IMG/VR virus record: IMGVR_UViG_3300006143_000006
Coordinates: 1,512-65,511 of that record
Length of the DNA: 64,000 bases
Direction: 5' to 3' (one strand)
DNA from: a virus
Taxonomy: Duplodnaviria > Caudoviricetes
This document shows, piece by piece, positions 30,179 through 40,908 of this stretch. Within the stretch, counting starts at the first letter, position 1; every line of letters begins with the position of its first letter. The notes beneath the pieces are model-generated. The model was given only the letters and a program-made list of their open reading frames with translations. It searched no databases and was not told where the DNA came from. Made by a program: the position numbers and the translations under genes.

Positions 30179-31735
30179 CTAAATACGGTTCTCTGTTTTA
30201 TTTGAATCATTCTGCCTTTGAGTATCGGTAGATTCAGCTATATCGGTATCATCATTCATTGGTCTACCACCTTCTGATCCATCATTGGCGGTTGTATACG
30301 ATGTCTTTAACACTTCCCACTTATCATAAATATCTTCTTTGAACATCTGCTCTGTAAATGAATTTCCTAGCATTTTTGCGGTATTTACACCAGAAGCGGC
30401 TAACAATTCTCCTTTAACTGGTAGAGATGCTTGTGCCAATTTTAATTTCTTTTCTATATAATCATCTACATCAAAAATGGTAACTGGTAAAATCCGATAG
30501 ACAAATTGATAATCGTCATGGATGTGACCACGAAGTTTCATTTGCAAATCCATCCATGATTCAAGTTGGCGATATATACGATAAATATCAGATGAATCCA
30601 CTTTCATAGAAAGTTTTAATTCAGAACCGCTAGAAGCAGAAGATATAAGTGCTTTAGATACACCGGCTTCTCCATAATAATTTTCAACAGCCTGTTCAAC
30701 CTTATTTTTATCATCTGATATAGTAGATTTTGACTCAATAAGCTGTAAGTCCATAGGGGATGGCACAACGCCAAAGCGATCAGGCAGAATGGACTTTGCC
30801 ATTTCAACGAATGGATAGATTAACTCATCACCCATAGTTATATGACCTTCATCATCAACAGGTATCTTAAAATAAACCAGTTTATATGCATCCGCTTCTG
30901 ATTTTGCTTTTACCAAATCCTTTATATCATCTATGTCAAGTATTGATGCTATCAAAGGAAAGAAGGGGCTATACAAATATGTAAAATCATTATTATACTT
31001 CAAACACAATGAATTTTCATATGGAACCATAACCATATTATTCAAAGAAAGTTCTTTTGATTGTTCTAATAAATTCTGTAATTCTAAAGGTAGTGTTTGT
31101 AAATATGAATTACTTAATAAGCTGCGATTGATAGCATATTGATAAATTGAACCGTTGGAAAGTTTCTTGATTTCACAATATCTTGGATCAATAAAAAATA
31201 TGGAAATATCAGTATCATTTTCCGTTACAAATCCAAAACAAGCATCTTCAAGAAATAGTTTTTTCATAATGTCAGTAATCCGATTATCTAATTTGAATTT
31301 GTTTGCTTGTGCTGTGAATTTAATATAATTCTTTTTGAATTCTTTTTGATATTGTTCCTTGGATTTGTCGGTTTTAGTATTACAAAACATTTTCTCTTGC
31401 TTTATCTCTGTGTCTACAGTCCAGTTTACCACAGCCATATTGACGAAATAATCAATGAGTCTTTTATAATAACCACTTTTTAGATACATATATTGTGATA
31501 AACGAATTATAGAATTTCCATACTGTTCAGGATTTTGAACAATACGAAGGATCTGACTTCTTGTAAACCCACAAATACGGTTATATTTGAAAGCACCTTT
31601 ATATGAAAGTTCTGATAAAACAAGCCTACGAAGAGAATTTACATTAAATGTAGCTGTCTTATGTTCTATAAAATTTTCAAAATTTTCTTTATCTTGTTTA
31701 TATTCTTTAGTAATATTTTCGTTTTCAACAGACAA
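30179..31735 (-). CDS. Portal protein (YonE-like)
   Basis: Size and position after terminase; probable TTG start at 31735 after GAGGAGG RBS (ORF-track start overlaps upstream gene). Confidence 0.8.
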   Translation of the reverse strand: MSVENENITKEYKQDKENFENFIEHKTATFNVNSLRRLVLSELSYKGAFKYNRICGFTRSQILRIVQNPEQYGNSIIRLSQYMYLKSGYYKRLIDYFVNMAVVNWTVDTEIKQEKMFCNTKTDKSKEQYQKEFKKNYIKFTAQANKFKLDNRITDIMKKLFLEDACFGFVTENDTDISIFFIDPRYCEIKKLSNGSIYQYAINRSLLSNSYLQTLPLELQNLLEQSKELSLNNMVMVPYENSLCLKYNNDFTYLYSPFFPLIASILDIDDIKDLVKAKSEADAYKLVYFKIPVDDEGHITMGDELIYPFVEMAKSILPDRFGVVPSPMDLQLIESKSTISDDKNKVEQAVENYYGEAGVSKALISSASSGSELKLSMKVDSSDIYRIYRQLESWMDLQMKLRGHIHDDYQFVYRILPVTIFDVDDYIEKKLKLAQASLPVKGELLAASGVNTAKMLGNSFTEQMFKEDIYDKWEVLKTSYTTANDGSEGGRPMNDDTDIAESTDTQRQNDSNKTENRI

Positions 31736-31736
31736 T

Positions 31737-32990
31737 TTATGCAACCACCTCCTCATTCGGTATATATTCAAAACGATAACCTCTATATGTTTTCTTTGTT
31801 CCATTACATGCTGCATAGATACCATATCTATTAAATTTGATTCCAAATTTTTCACAAGATATTTTTTCTAATTCTACTGCTGATTTAAATTCCCCATAAT
31901 TCCCATCACTTGAATACATTCTTATTTTTTGTGATGTCTTTTCTTGCCTAGTATATTCTCTTTTACACCACCCAATTTTTCTGCCATGTTTTATATATTT
32001 TCTAATTGCATCTTCAGACAAACCATATTTTTTAGCTAAATCACTATAATATACTTGATTATTTTCATAATCAAAACAAACAGATTTCATTAGATTACTA
32101 CAAGCAAATATATCGCAACTTTTAAAATCTACTTTTGAGAAATCTAATATATTTTTTAATTTTGAATTTAGTATATTTTTTGAAATATAATCTGAATTTG
32201 AAATAAAAGTATCTATTCGTATTAATTCCACACTATTATTTTTTGCTAAATTGTCTTTTATCCGATCTATCTCTATTGTCTCTTCCTTCGTTATCTTGGA
32301 ATTTGTATGAATATATCCTCCATGTCCAAGACCTCCATCAAATTCACATATGTATTTTTTGCCATCTTTTTCAAAATAAAAATCATATGAATATCGTTTT
32401 GCCCAGTCTGGACTATATTCTCTAATAAAATTTTGTATTTGATTTTTTAATTGATTATTAAATAGTTCAAATCCATATTTATTTGGATAAGATATACCGT
32501 CACCACATACACAAGGCAAATATCCATTTTTTGCTAAGAAATCAATATGAATTTGCTTATCTTTAATTCGACCGCAATGAGGACAAATAAAATATTTCAT
32601 TTTGTTAGAATACGGAGAATACTTTTTGGCTTCTTCATATCCTCCTTGAAAATAAGGTATCATCCATTCTGTTTCTTTACTGGATACTATGGAATTGATA
32701 TGACTAACAGTGATTCTATGACTTTTATTACAACACGGACAACCATATTTTTTATTTATAAGTCCACCTTGTAATATCCAATATTCTTTGTATAGAACAC
32801 CGTTTATATAATATTCACTGCTATCATAGCCACATTTATTACAAATAAATTGATAATATATTTCACTTTTACTATATTGGTTACCATTCTTTTTTCCATA
32901 TATTTTTTCAACAATTTTTCTGTTGGTAATAGTTAAATCTCTCGTGTCATTTTTTAATCTATCTCCGATATTAAGTTTATATGTAATCAT
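31737..32990 (-). CDS. Free-standing endonuclease (Zn ribbons, PD-(D/E)xK/DUF559-like, NUMOD1-like tail)
   Basis: CNKCG, CPCC, CPHCG; YDFY...ICEFDG..H; C-terminal IYAACNG..KTYRGYRFEY. Confidence 0.75.
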   Translation of the reverse strand: MITYKLNIGDRLKNDTRDLTITNRKIVEKIYGKKNGNQYSKSEIYYQFICNKCGYDSSEYYINGVLYKEYWILQGGLINKKYGCPCCNKSHRITVSHINSIVSSKETEWMIPYFQGGYEEAKKYSPYSNKMKYFICPHCGRIKDKQIHIDFLAKNGYLPCVCGDGISYPNKYGFELFNNQLKNQIQNFIREYSPDWAKRYSYDFYFEKDGKKYICEFDGGLGHGGYIHTNSKITKEETIEIDRIKDNLAKNNSVELIRIDTFISNSDYISKNILNSKLKNILDFSKVDFKSCDIFACSNLMKSVCFDYENNQVYYSDLAKKYGLSEDAIRKYIKHGRKIGWCKREYTRQEKTSQKIRMYSSDGNYGEFKSAVELEKISCEKFGIKFNRYGIYAACNGTKKTYRGYRFEYIPNEEVVA

Positions 32991-33016
32991 AAATCTCTCC
33001 TTTTAATCTCTACATT

Positions 33017-33205
33017 CTATTTCTTCCTTTGTGCATAAAAATAAGCGAGTTGTAAAAACAACTCACTTGTCTTTTCATACTTATATGTAGAAATATTGTT
33101 ATTTCGTTTTACAAAAGTATAGTTAATACCTTTGCTTTTTAAAAAATCAACTTCATCACGCCACTGAGTAGAATACTCAGAATCAAATAATTTTTTATCT
33201 ATCAA
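33017..33205 (-). CDS. Small conserved phage protein
   Basis: GGAG RBS; EVDFLKSKGINY...YKYEKT motif. Confidence 0.6.
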   Translation of the reverse strand: MIDKKLFDSEYSTQWRDEVDFLKSKGINYTFVKRNNNISTYKYEKTSELFLQLAYFYAQRKK

Positions 33206-33337
33206 ATTTTAATCACTCCTTAATATGTGGAAAGTTGGTGATTAACATTTGAGAAATATACACTTTTGTCGTCTTGAAACTGTTCTTTTATTGCTCCATT
33301 GTTATTTGTATTTTCTTCGATGTTCACAACCGCCTTT

Positions 33338-35038
33338 CTAATGTGAATATAGTTTTGGTTTACGTGCTAGAGCAGTGAGCGAGGAGACATTGGTATTTGT
33401 CTTGGATTTAACAGCACTGCAATATTCAGTAATATAAAATATTAAATAACTTAATGCAGAAAAACGGTCTTTGTCTAATTTTTTCACGACTTTTTCAACT
33501 GACAATGCACCATTGGTCATATGTTTCAATTTTAAATTTGCGATTTCTTCAAATAGTAAATCTGTTTGTATATAAGGTAATACTTTTAGGTCAATATTTT
33601 GATTATCCTTATGTGTAAAATCTGAATCTTGCTTTTTTTCTAGCAGTTTCAGTTTTCCGCCTTCCACGGAATCTATAAAATCTGTTACAACCTTACTTTG
33701 AAAATGCTGTGCCTTCATATCAAATAAACACTTTTCTGCATCTTTTATTTCTGGTTGATTATCAGTATTCATAGTATTCCAACATCCTAAATATTCGCCA
33801 GTAATAGGGTCATAAGATTCTTTCAAAAGTTCATCAATCAACCCTGCGCCCAAGCCATTACCATCTGCGATAACTGCTTTTGCTAAGAAGTTTTTCTTTG
33901 TTTTTTTAACAAGACAAGCCTGTGCAGAAAAATTTAATACGTTAGAAACGGTCATAATATTTGGAATTTCTATAGACACAATACGATTTGATTCTTTGTT
34001 CCTTATAACTCGCCCAACAGCAATAGAAGATTGATTGTTAGTTGCTTTTTGACTACGAGCAACGTCAACACCAAGATAAAATTCTTCATCCAGCTTATTG
34101 TAATTTATCATAGGCGTTGTTAGAGATCTACAATTCATCAACTTATTAATATCTACTAATGCATCATTAGAAGAACCAACCCATCGAGATTCATAGTTTT
34201 GTGCAAAAGCAATTGGTGACATTTCCTTTTTCTTTTGTAATATTTGACTTTTTGTGCTTCCACGCCCATACCAACATGCCAAAAACCACGATGAACCAAG
34301 TACAATTTCTCCTTTAAGGTTTGCCATATTATTTAGCATACGAATACTTCTTTGGAATTCGTCACTTCCTCTGAACCCAGAAGTTGTAAAAAAGTTGATT
34401 TGTTGGTTTAATTCCTCTGGATTTACAACTGCTAGTTTGCCAATTGTGTATCGTGGAACCTCTGGAATTGGTTTTAAGACATCCTGATATAATACATCGT
34501 TTAACAAAGCAGATTCTTCTATGTTAATTCTTTTACGCCTTTGCCCTTTCGATTGTTGGGCGTTAGCAAGCACATCAATTCTTCCTCCCGATTTAAAACG
34601 AACTTCTGCATCATTTTTAGAAAAACTTGTTCCAGATTTAATTGTGCCACCCATCAGTTCATTTTCAAGCATTGGGTAAAATTTAATGATTTCTAATGTC
34701 TTATCTTTTAATAATTCAGCAGCGTTTTCTTTTGTTTGAGCTGTTAATGCAAGGGTAATATCTGAAAATCGAATAGCGACAATAAACATAGCCAGAACTT
34801 CATCAAATGTTTTACCATAACCTCTAGGGAAAACACCATATATACTACAAAACCTTAAAACAGACCTAAGATATATTCTCTGATCCATGTGTAACTTTAT
34901 TCCACCAGATTCAGGCGTTATTAGATTTAAAAATAAATCAGGATACCAATTTGTCCAACTTGCGAATTCTACATACTTATATAAATTTCTGCCAAATACT
35001 GAGTCATCTTGGAGATTAATAATTTGTTCTTTTGTCAT
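33338..35038 (-). CDS. Terminase large subunit
   Basis: Walker A PRGYGKT, Walker B INIEES, nuclease LGVDVAR and DKDRFSAL. Confidence 0.93.
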   Translation of the reverse strand: MTKEQIINLQDDSVFGRNLYKYVEFASWTNWYPDLFLNLITPESGGIKLHMDQRIYLRSVLRFCSIYGVFPRGYGKTFDEVLAMFIVAIRFSDITLALTAQTKENAAELLKDKTLEIIKFYPMLENELMGGTIKSGTSFSKNDAEVRFKSGGRIDVLANAQQSKGQRRKRINIEESALLNDVLYQDVLKPIPEVPRYTIGKLAVVNPEELNQQINFFTTSGFRGSDEFQRSIRMLNNMANLKGEIVLGSSWFLACWYGRGSTKSQILQKKKEMSPIAFAQNYESRWVGSSNDALVDINKLMNCRSLTTPMINYNKLDEEFYLGVDVARSQKATNNQSSIAVGRVIRNKESNRIVSIEIPNIMTVSNVLNFSAQACLVKKTKKNFLAKAVIADGNGLGAGLIDELLKESYDPITGEYLGCWNTMNTDNQPEIKDAEKCLFDMKAQHFQSKVVTDFIDSVEGGKLKLLEKKQDSDFTHKDNQNIDLKVLPYIQTDLLFEEIANLKLKHMTNGALSVEKVVKKLDKDRFSALSYLIFYITEYCSAVKSKTNTNVSSLTALARKPKLYSH

Positions 35039-36219
35039 TCGCTATCACTATCTTCGTAGTCTTTTGGTAGGGTAATAAATTTTTGAATATTTTCTCTTAT
35101 TATCTCAGTTGGATCTTCATCAAATATTCCATATGGATCTCCATATTGAGAAATATATTCTTCTTTCTTTCTGTCGTAAAATTTATATACATCCTCATAT
35201 TCGCAATGTGACAAACCCTGTAAATTTCGTGCATAATTTATGTAACACCAAATTATAAAATCACAAGCATCATTTGGTGCAAATTTGAATCTTGGTAGAA
35301 TAGGAACTACATCAACGGCTTGTTCAACAGCTTTAAATATTTCTGAAAAACTATTAATACCATTTTGCAAATCTGCTTGTGTTAATTGTCTTGGTGTTAA
35401 TTTTGCCTTTTCCGCTGCATTTTGTGCTGCGTCATACCATTTTTTTGCTTCATCTACATTGCCAGCGGCAGTAGCCATTTCTTCCTTTACCTTAAAACGA
35501 ACATAGGTTGCAAGAGCTTCTTGGTGTAAATTCGTTTGTAAGGTGTAATTGAGTTTAAGTTTCTCGTATTTTTCATACATTTTTTTATACTCAATAGTAG
35601 TGTATCCATCCCCAAATAAATCTTTTATATCATCTGTAACTTCAAAATTATCAATATTTGAATAGTGTTTGTTTTGATTTTGTTTAGACATATGTTGCGT
35701 TTTATTATTTTGTAAACACTGATTAATCAAATGAGAATATCTATTTAAAATTTCATCTTTTTCCTTTTTGGTTCGGTTACTATTTTGATGAATAAATCCC
35801 TCTTTCTCTGCGTCAGAGTACGATTTCGCTTTATCCTGCCTCATTACCACCATCATGAAGTATTTCTGTAATATCTCATATCCGTGTAATGACACTTCTT
35901 CGTCACTCAAGTAACTGTTTTCCTTCTTTACAGATTCCTCAGAAGAGAAGAGTAAGTCAAAATACAGAGGCTTATCAATATTTCTAAGCAAATCCTTAAA
36001 TTTATCAAAATCAATTTTTCCGTCATCAGATAAAACGGAAGTCTTGCAACATTCTTTACAAACAGGTATACGCTCATCCAGAGAGTACATAGGGGAGCTG
36101 CTATAATAGAAGTCTGTTAGATTCTTCTCGTCATGACAGCAAGTACATACCTTTTTCCCTTTTTGCTGATTAGCTGGCAACGGTTTATTGCCAGATGATT
36201 TGGTTTTTGTTCTTGGCAT
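35035..36219 (-). CDS. Terminase small subunit-like / YonG-like protein
   Basis: Overlaps terminase start; N-terminal CTCC...CKEC Zn motif. Confidence 0.55.
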   Translation of the reverse strand: MPRTKTKSSGNKPLPANQQKGKKVCTCCHDEKNLTDFYYSSSPMYSLDERIPVCKECCKTSVLSDDGKIDFDKFKDLLRNIDKPLYFDLLFSSEESVKKENSYLSDEEVSLHGYEILQKYFMMVVMRQDKAKSYSDAEKEGFIHQNSNRTKKEKDEILNRYSHLINQCLQNNKTQHMSKQNQNKHYSNIDNFEVTDDIKDLFGDGYTTIEYKKMYEKYEKLKLNYTLQTNLHQEALATYVRFKVKEEMATAAGNVDEAKKWYDAAQNAAEKAKLTPRQLTQADLQNGINSFSEIFKAVEQAVDVVPILPRFKFAPNDACDFIIWCYINYARNLQGLSHCEYEDVYKFYDRKKEEYISQYGDPYGIFDEDPTEIIRENIQKFITLPKDYEDSDSE

Positions 36220-36759
36220 ATTGCCACCATCCTTTCATTTTTAAAATTATTTGTATAATATTAACAAATTTATATAAATTGCTTGTAGACACTTGTCTTT
36301 TTGATTTAATGGTTTTATAATAAAAAGTATAAATTAGAAATTATATATAATGTTATTTAATGAAAGGAGAATAAGTATAAGTGAAAAATGAATTTAAATA
36401 TGGTTATTATAGGGATTCATAACATTGATTAACATTATATTTTTGGGAGAAATAATATTATTTTTGTTAGGATTGATTGGAGGTGTTATAATTGTTAAAA
36501 TATTTTGTAAAGACATAAAACATGATTTTAAAATGAGAATTGGAAAGATTTTTGAAATTTCTATTAGTGTTCATGATAAAAAGAAATAAAATTTTGTGAT
36601 TAAAAAAATATTCAATAGGCTGTGAAAATATGATTTGAAAACTTCTATTTTCCACAGCCTATTTTTTAAACAAGTTCAATAAAAATTCAATGAAACAATT
36701 CATTCAAGGCAGGATAGGGTAGTGGTTATACAGCCACTACCTTTTCTGTACTCTTAACT

Positions 36760-37569
36760 TCAAAATTCATGCGTTTGTTCATAGACAGCTAAATACCAAT
36801 CTGCACACTCGCAAAAATCTATTTTGGGATCTTCCAAATATACTGTATATCCACAGATTGAACAAAATAAACCATTTTTTAAGATAATCTTATTTATATT
36901 ATATTTTTCGCGTAAATATAATAATAAAAATAACGAAAATAGATTATATGTTTCTAAACCACCCTCAGTTACATATTTGCGTACATAAATATCAATAAGA
37001 TTTTTTATTGCATTTGGATTGCCTTGTCTTAATGTTGATGAAATTATCAAATAATTTGGAACATCCTCATCACAACCAGCTAAAGAACTAAAAAACATTA
37101 ATCTATCTATTTTTTTGTTTTTTGATTCTTCGTTGTAATTTTCATTGTTATCCAACATAGAAAACTCTTTTGTTTTATTAATTGCATCAAAATAGTCTAT
37201 TTTAAACCATTCCCCAAGTTTTCTATCTATAGAAAAATAATCGTGTAACATTGATTCGACATTGGATGCTTTTTGTTTAGAAATTGTTTTGTATACATCT
37301 GGAATAAAATATCCACCTGCATTTTCAAAAGTGCGCTTTCTAAATTCAACATCGTGACTAATTCCTATTTTTACTAATCCATTTTCATTACGCATAACAT
37401 AGTTATATACTGTTTCTTCACTTGTATTATTTTTAGAATTTATTTGCCCATCATAGAATTCAATAATTTCTGAAATTCCTTCCATCATTTTATTAAAAAC
37501 TTGCATAGGTGTTTTGGTTTGTTTCTGTTTTTCAAATAATCTCATAGTTTTCACGCCTTTCCCACGCAT
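36760..37569 (-). CDS. GIY-YIG/T5orf172-domain protein
   Basis: YVMRNENGLVKIGIS...ESMLHDYF...GEWF. Confidence 0.8.
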   Translation of the reverse strand: MRGKGVKTMRLFEKQKQTKTPMQVFNKMMEGISEIIEFYDGQINSKNNTSEETVYNYVMRNENGLVKIGISHDVEFRKRTFENAGGYFIPDVYKTISKQKASNVESMLHDYFSIDRKLGEWFKIDYFDAINKTKEFSMLDNNENYNEESKNKKIDRLMFFSSLAGCDEDVPNYLIISSTLRQGNPNAIKNLIDIYVRKYVTEGGLETYNLFSLFLLLYLREKYNINKIILKNGLFCSICGYTVYLEDPKIDFCECADWYLAVYEQTHEF

Positions 37570-38203
37570 TTCAATTTTTAAGAGAGGGCAGTAGAGCGTG
37601 GACTACCATTCACAAAGTTTGCAATTCTTTGTTATCCTCTCTGATTCAGTTACCAACTAATGAAGTTGACGATTCTCTCATAACTGCTAAATACTTATTC
37701 TATTTTTATTTCTACAAAACAACATAAAAAGAGCCATGATATTTCACATGACTCTTTCAAAAAATCTTATTAAATTCACCCAATGAAATGCTTATTTAAA
37801 CAAGTAAATAAAAATGCAGGAGAAACAGATGGCATGGCAGACAAATAACATCTGACTATGATGTGAAATATAATATAATTATTTTTGAATAACTAAGAAA
37901 GAAGAGGAAAATATTTTGAAATATATAAATGTCAAAATGATACATCCAACAAATAATTCAGATATAGATATAGGACTTCCTGTAAATATATATTAAAGAT
38001 GTTTTTTCACAACTTATTGATGCTAATTTTCTTTCGCCAGCACAGCAATATAGTGGTGTAGTACTATCTAAAGAAGCTAATGGTAATTTTATTCCTCTTG
38101 ACAATGAAAAACAGTTTTTGAAAATTGTATTAATAATAATGACAAAATTCAAATTTTAATTTCAACATGTGCAGGAGGAGGTGTTTATGATTGTGTAATA
38201 GAA

Positions 38204-38524
38204 TTGTGGCAATCAATATATTTATTTTTAGATCAATTAGGCACAATAGTAGAAGTGACAGGTTCAATTATTGGTCTTGGAGCATGGATTAAAAATAAAT
38301 TTAATCATAAATATACACCTAATCAGTTTGTACAGTTTGTAACAAGTAAAGAATTATGGAATACTCATGAACTCGCAATAAAATTGTCTGTATCCGACAA
38401 AGAAGCTAAAGATTTATTAAAAGGCTTTGGTTATAAATGGAACAAGGAGTTTTCTTTATATATAAAAACGGATAGAACAGTAGAAATAATGGAAAATATT
38501 GAGAAATCAATTAATCAATATTAA
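38204..38524 (+). CDS. Hypothetical protein with N-terminal TM
   Basis: 106 aa ORF opposite to phage operons. Confidence 0.45.
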   Translation: MWQSIYLFLDQLGTIVEVTGSIIGLGAWIKNKFNHKYTPNQFVQFVTSKELWNTHELAIKLSVSDKEAKDLLKGFGYKWNKEFSLYIKTDRTVEIMENIEKSINQY

Positions 38525-38876
38525 ATATTTTCAAGTTCTAGCTTGCAGTTTTACTTCACAAAATAGAGTATAAGAGCAATGAATCTTTTTCATTGCTCTT
38601 CAATTACTCTATTTTTTTATTTACATAAATTTAAATTGTAAGCAAAAAATGAATGTGGTATAATAAAAATACATTGGAAGAACAAAAATGTATTTATATT
38701 AGTACAATTTTTGAAAAAACAAAAAATGGGCTGAAAAAGACTATTGTTAGAATATTCAGATAAATACTTGCAAAATCGAGGCTGGGAAGCCTTAATTTTA
38801 GCGGGGGCTGAGAGGCTACCGTAGAAATGAATAAATCCCGTTTTAGGGTATTGCTACATATTTTCGCCTACGCAAT

Positions 38877-39812
38877 CTAAACTATTTTTTTGTATTTAAT
38901 ACAATATAAAACTGATGTATTAGTTGGTCTTGATACAAAAGAATTTATATTTCTACCATTATTAGGGAATGGATAAGCATCTGATTGAGCCATTACCCAT
39001 TTTTTGCTGTCACCATTTGTTTTATCTGGATTAGTTACAATATCATAATTACCACTTGTTATCCAACAATCATTCTCGTTGGATATACCAGCACAGAATG
39101 GCTGCACTGTTCCATTTTGATGTGTACCAGCAACATCAGCACCACTGCCAGTATCTCTTGTAGCAGTTCCTACTCCTCTTAAAAATTCACCACGTAAATC
39201 AGGCACCGCAAAAGTGCTTGACCCATTACCACCAAAATATCCTGCGTTACCAAAATTGCTTTTAAAATGATTTGCAAGCTCTTGATACTGTGAAATATTG
39301 TATACTGTTCCGTCACACTTCAAATATCCTGTTGGCGCATTTAAACCCATAAAAGATATGATTGACCCGACAGGTGCGCAATCGCTTTGACCACTAGGAG
39401 ATTGATTGATTAATTCATCAACCTGTACTTTGGTATAATAATTGCTTAAATCAATATCGCTCTGAATCGTACCGATTAACTCATACTTAAAACCGTTGAC
39501 ATTCCAGATGTATTCATCGTAATTGTTATTTTCACTTCCGCTGTTTGGAACAAGATAAAGTACTCCGACTTCGCCGATAACGGGAAGGTCCGCAAAACTA
39601 TTGACCGCTTCAAACGAAATCTGTGTCACATTCCCGATTGCGTCTGTGATAGCCTTGGAGATTCCTAAGTCTGCAAGCGTTTTATTCCCTGTCAGCGTAA
39701 TTCCGTTGATCTGAGGTTGCCCAGTAAGAGAATTATATTTACCATCAAAAGAAGAATCTTCAGAGACTGAGACTTTATTATTTAATACGCCATATATTTG
39801 TAATGCATTCAT
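38877..39812 (-). CDS. Phage tail-collar domain protein
   Basis: PVGSIISFMG...GYLKCDG...FAVPDLRGEFLRG. Confidence 0.88.
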   Translation of the reverse strand: MNALQIYGVLNNKVSVSEDSSFDGKYNSLTGQPQINGITLTGNKTLADLGISKAITDAIGNVTQISFEAVNSFADLPVIGEVGVLYLVPNSGSENNNYDEYIWNVNGFKYELIGTIQSDIDLSNYYTKVQVDELINQSPSGQSDCAPVGSIISFMGLNAPTGYLKCDGTVYNISQYQELANHFKSNFGNAGYFGGNGSSTFAVPDLRGEFLRGVGTATRDTGSGADVAGTHQNGTVQPFCAGISNENDCWITSGNYDIVTNPDKTNGDSKKWVMAQSDAYPFPNNGRNINSFVSRPTNTSVLYCIKYKKIV

Positions 39813-39827
39813 TTAACTTTTTTCCTC

Positions 39828-40055
39828 CTATACTTGACACCATACACCTTTTGAATTAAGCATAAAAAGCTGTGCTGTTGAAATAATAAATGCGGAACTT
39901 CCTGTGGCACAATATTCGTTGCTTACAGTATCTTGACCAACTTGTGTTCCTTTTTGTGTCTGCGTTGGAAGATACTGTACGTCATCGGGAGCATCGAGTA
40001 TGAATTCTTTTACTCTCTCTGGAGTTCTATTACCAATTTTTGTAACTGCGAACAT
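39828..40055 (-). CDS. Small hypothetical protein co-transcribed with collar gene
   Basis: GAGG RBS; GSSAFII...LNSKGVW motif. Confidence 0.6.
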   Translation of the reverse strand: MFAVTKIGNRTPERVKEFILDAPDDVQYLPTQTQKGTQVGQDTVSNEYCATGSSAFIISTAQLFMLNSKGVWCQV

Positions 40056-40141
40056 TATAATTACCTCGTTTCATTATTGTAACTGATTTTAATAAAAAAC
40101 AACCTCATAATAAAGTTGGTCGTAAATGTCATACTGATAAA

Positions 40142-40224
40142 TCCCGCCACCAGGTAACGATCCTGGCTGTTCCGAAGAAGACAGATTTACAGTCTGCCCC
40201 ACCTCCTTAGTGGTCTATGACGGG
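40142..40224 (-). tRNA. tRNA-Tyr(GTA)-like, atypical
   Basis: Acceptor CCCGTCA/TGGCGGG+A; anticodon arm GCAGA-CTGTAAA-TCTGT; long variable arm; T-arm CCAGG-ATCGTTA-CCTGG; no encoded CCA. Confidence 0.8.
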
Positions 40225-40374
40225 TTATGAGAATAGGAGAGTGCTGAAGACTCTCCTGAAATGTTCTGTCTTTCCAGAATGTCAGACCGCACAGCAGCCA
40301 TTCGCTAATTTAATCTCTCAACACTTTCCTTGGCAGTTGTCAGCCTATTATAGTTTTGGTTGTTACTATTTAAT

Positions 40375-40403
40375 TTGACATTATATGGGATATTATGTAG
40401 AAT
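40375..40403 (+). promoter_or_regulatory. Sigma-A-type promoter for small toxin
   Basis: TTGACA-17bp-TAGAAT. Confidence 0.8.
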
Positions 40404-40514
40404 ATACTTGGGTGCTACCTAAGTACGGTAGGACGGTTGTCTTCCGCCAGAGAGTACAAGCTCTGTTTACATAGAAACCTTTCGAGGAATCTACGAAAGG
40501 AGGACTTATTGCAT

Positions 40515-40619
40515 ATGATAACTATAGAAACGATATATTATATTGTAGTGATTGCAAGCATTCTTTGCGGTGCTGCATATAAAATTGGATACGAACATGG
40601 TAAGAATGCAAGAAAGTAA
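40515..40619 (+). CDS. Type I TA-like small membrane toxin (34 aa)
   Basis: MITIETIYYIVVIASILCGAAYKIGYEHGKNARK; AAGGAGG RBS overlapped by CCTTTCG/CGAAAGG hairpin. Confidence 0.7.
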   Translation: MITIETIYYIVVIASILCGAAYKIGYEHGKNARK

Positions 40620-40776
40620 CCGCCCTCGCCAAAGGATAATCGGTTACTTCCTAGTTCTTACTAGATTTAATTGAAAATTCAAGGCAACCGTTCTGCAATA
40701 CGGGTAGTGCCTTTTAAAATGTTGTATTGTCTTTTCTATACTCATTATCTTATATCAATTCGCAAGTATTGTCAAT
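40612..40776 (-). ncRNA. Putative antisense antitoxin RNA
   Basis: Convergent TTGACA-17bp-TAAGAT promoter (~40747-40775) and shared hairpin AAGTAACCG...CGGTTACTT at toxin 3' end. Confidence 0.5.
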
Positions 40777-40908
40777 AACATGATTCGTACATAAGTCTTT
40801 ATAATGCCATATATCTCTTTATATTCTAATACATTGCATGTAGAATATCTACTTGAAATTGGAGTTCTATTGCCTTTTTACAAAGACATTTATAGTAAAT
40901 CACACAAC

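Noticed and set aside
30179-31855. Portal start as given in the ORF track (31855)
   Set aside because: It overlaps the upstream endonuclease by about 120 nt; a TTG at 31735 has a strong GAGGAGG RBS.
28655-33016. Additional introns around the head-module endonucleases
   Set aside because: Flanking genes appear complete, and no P7 (GACTA/TAGTC) core was noticed nearby.
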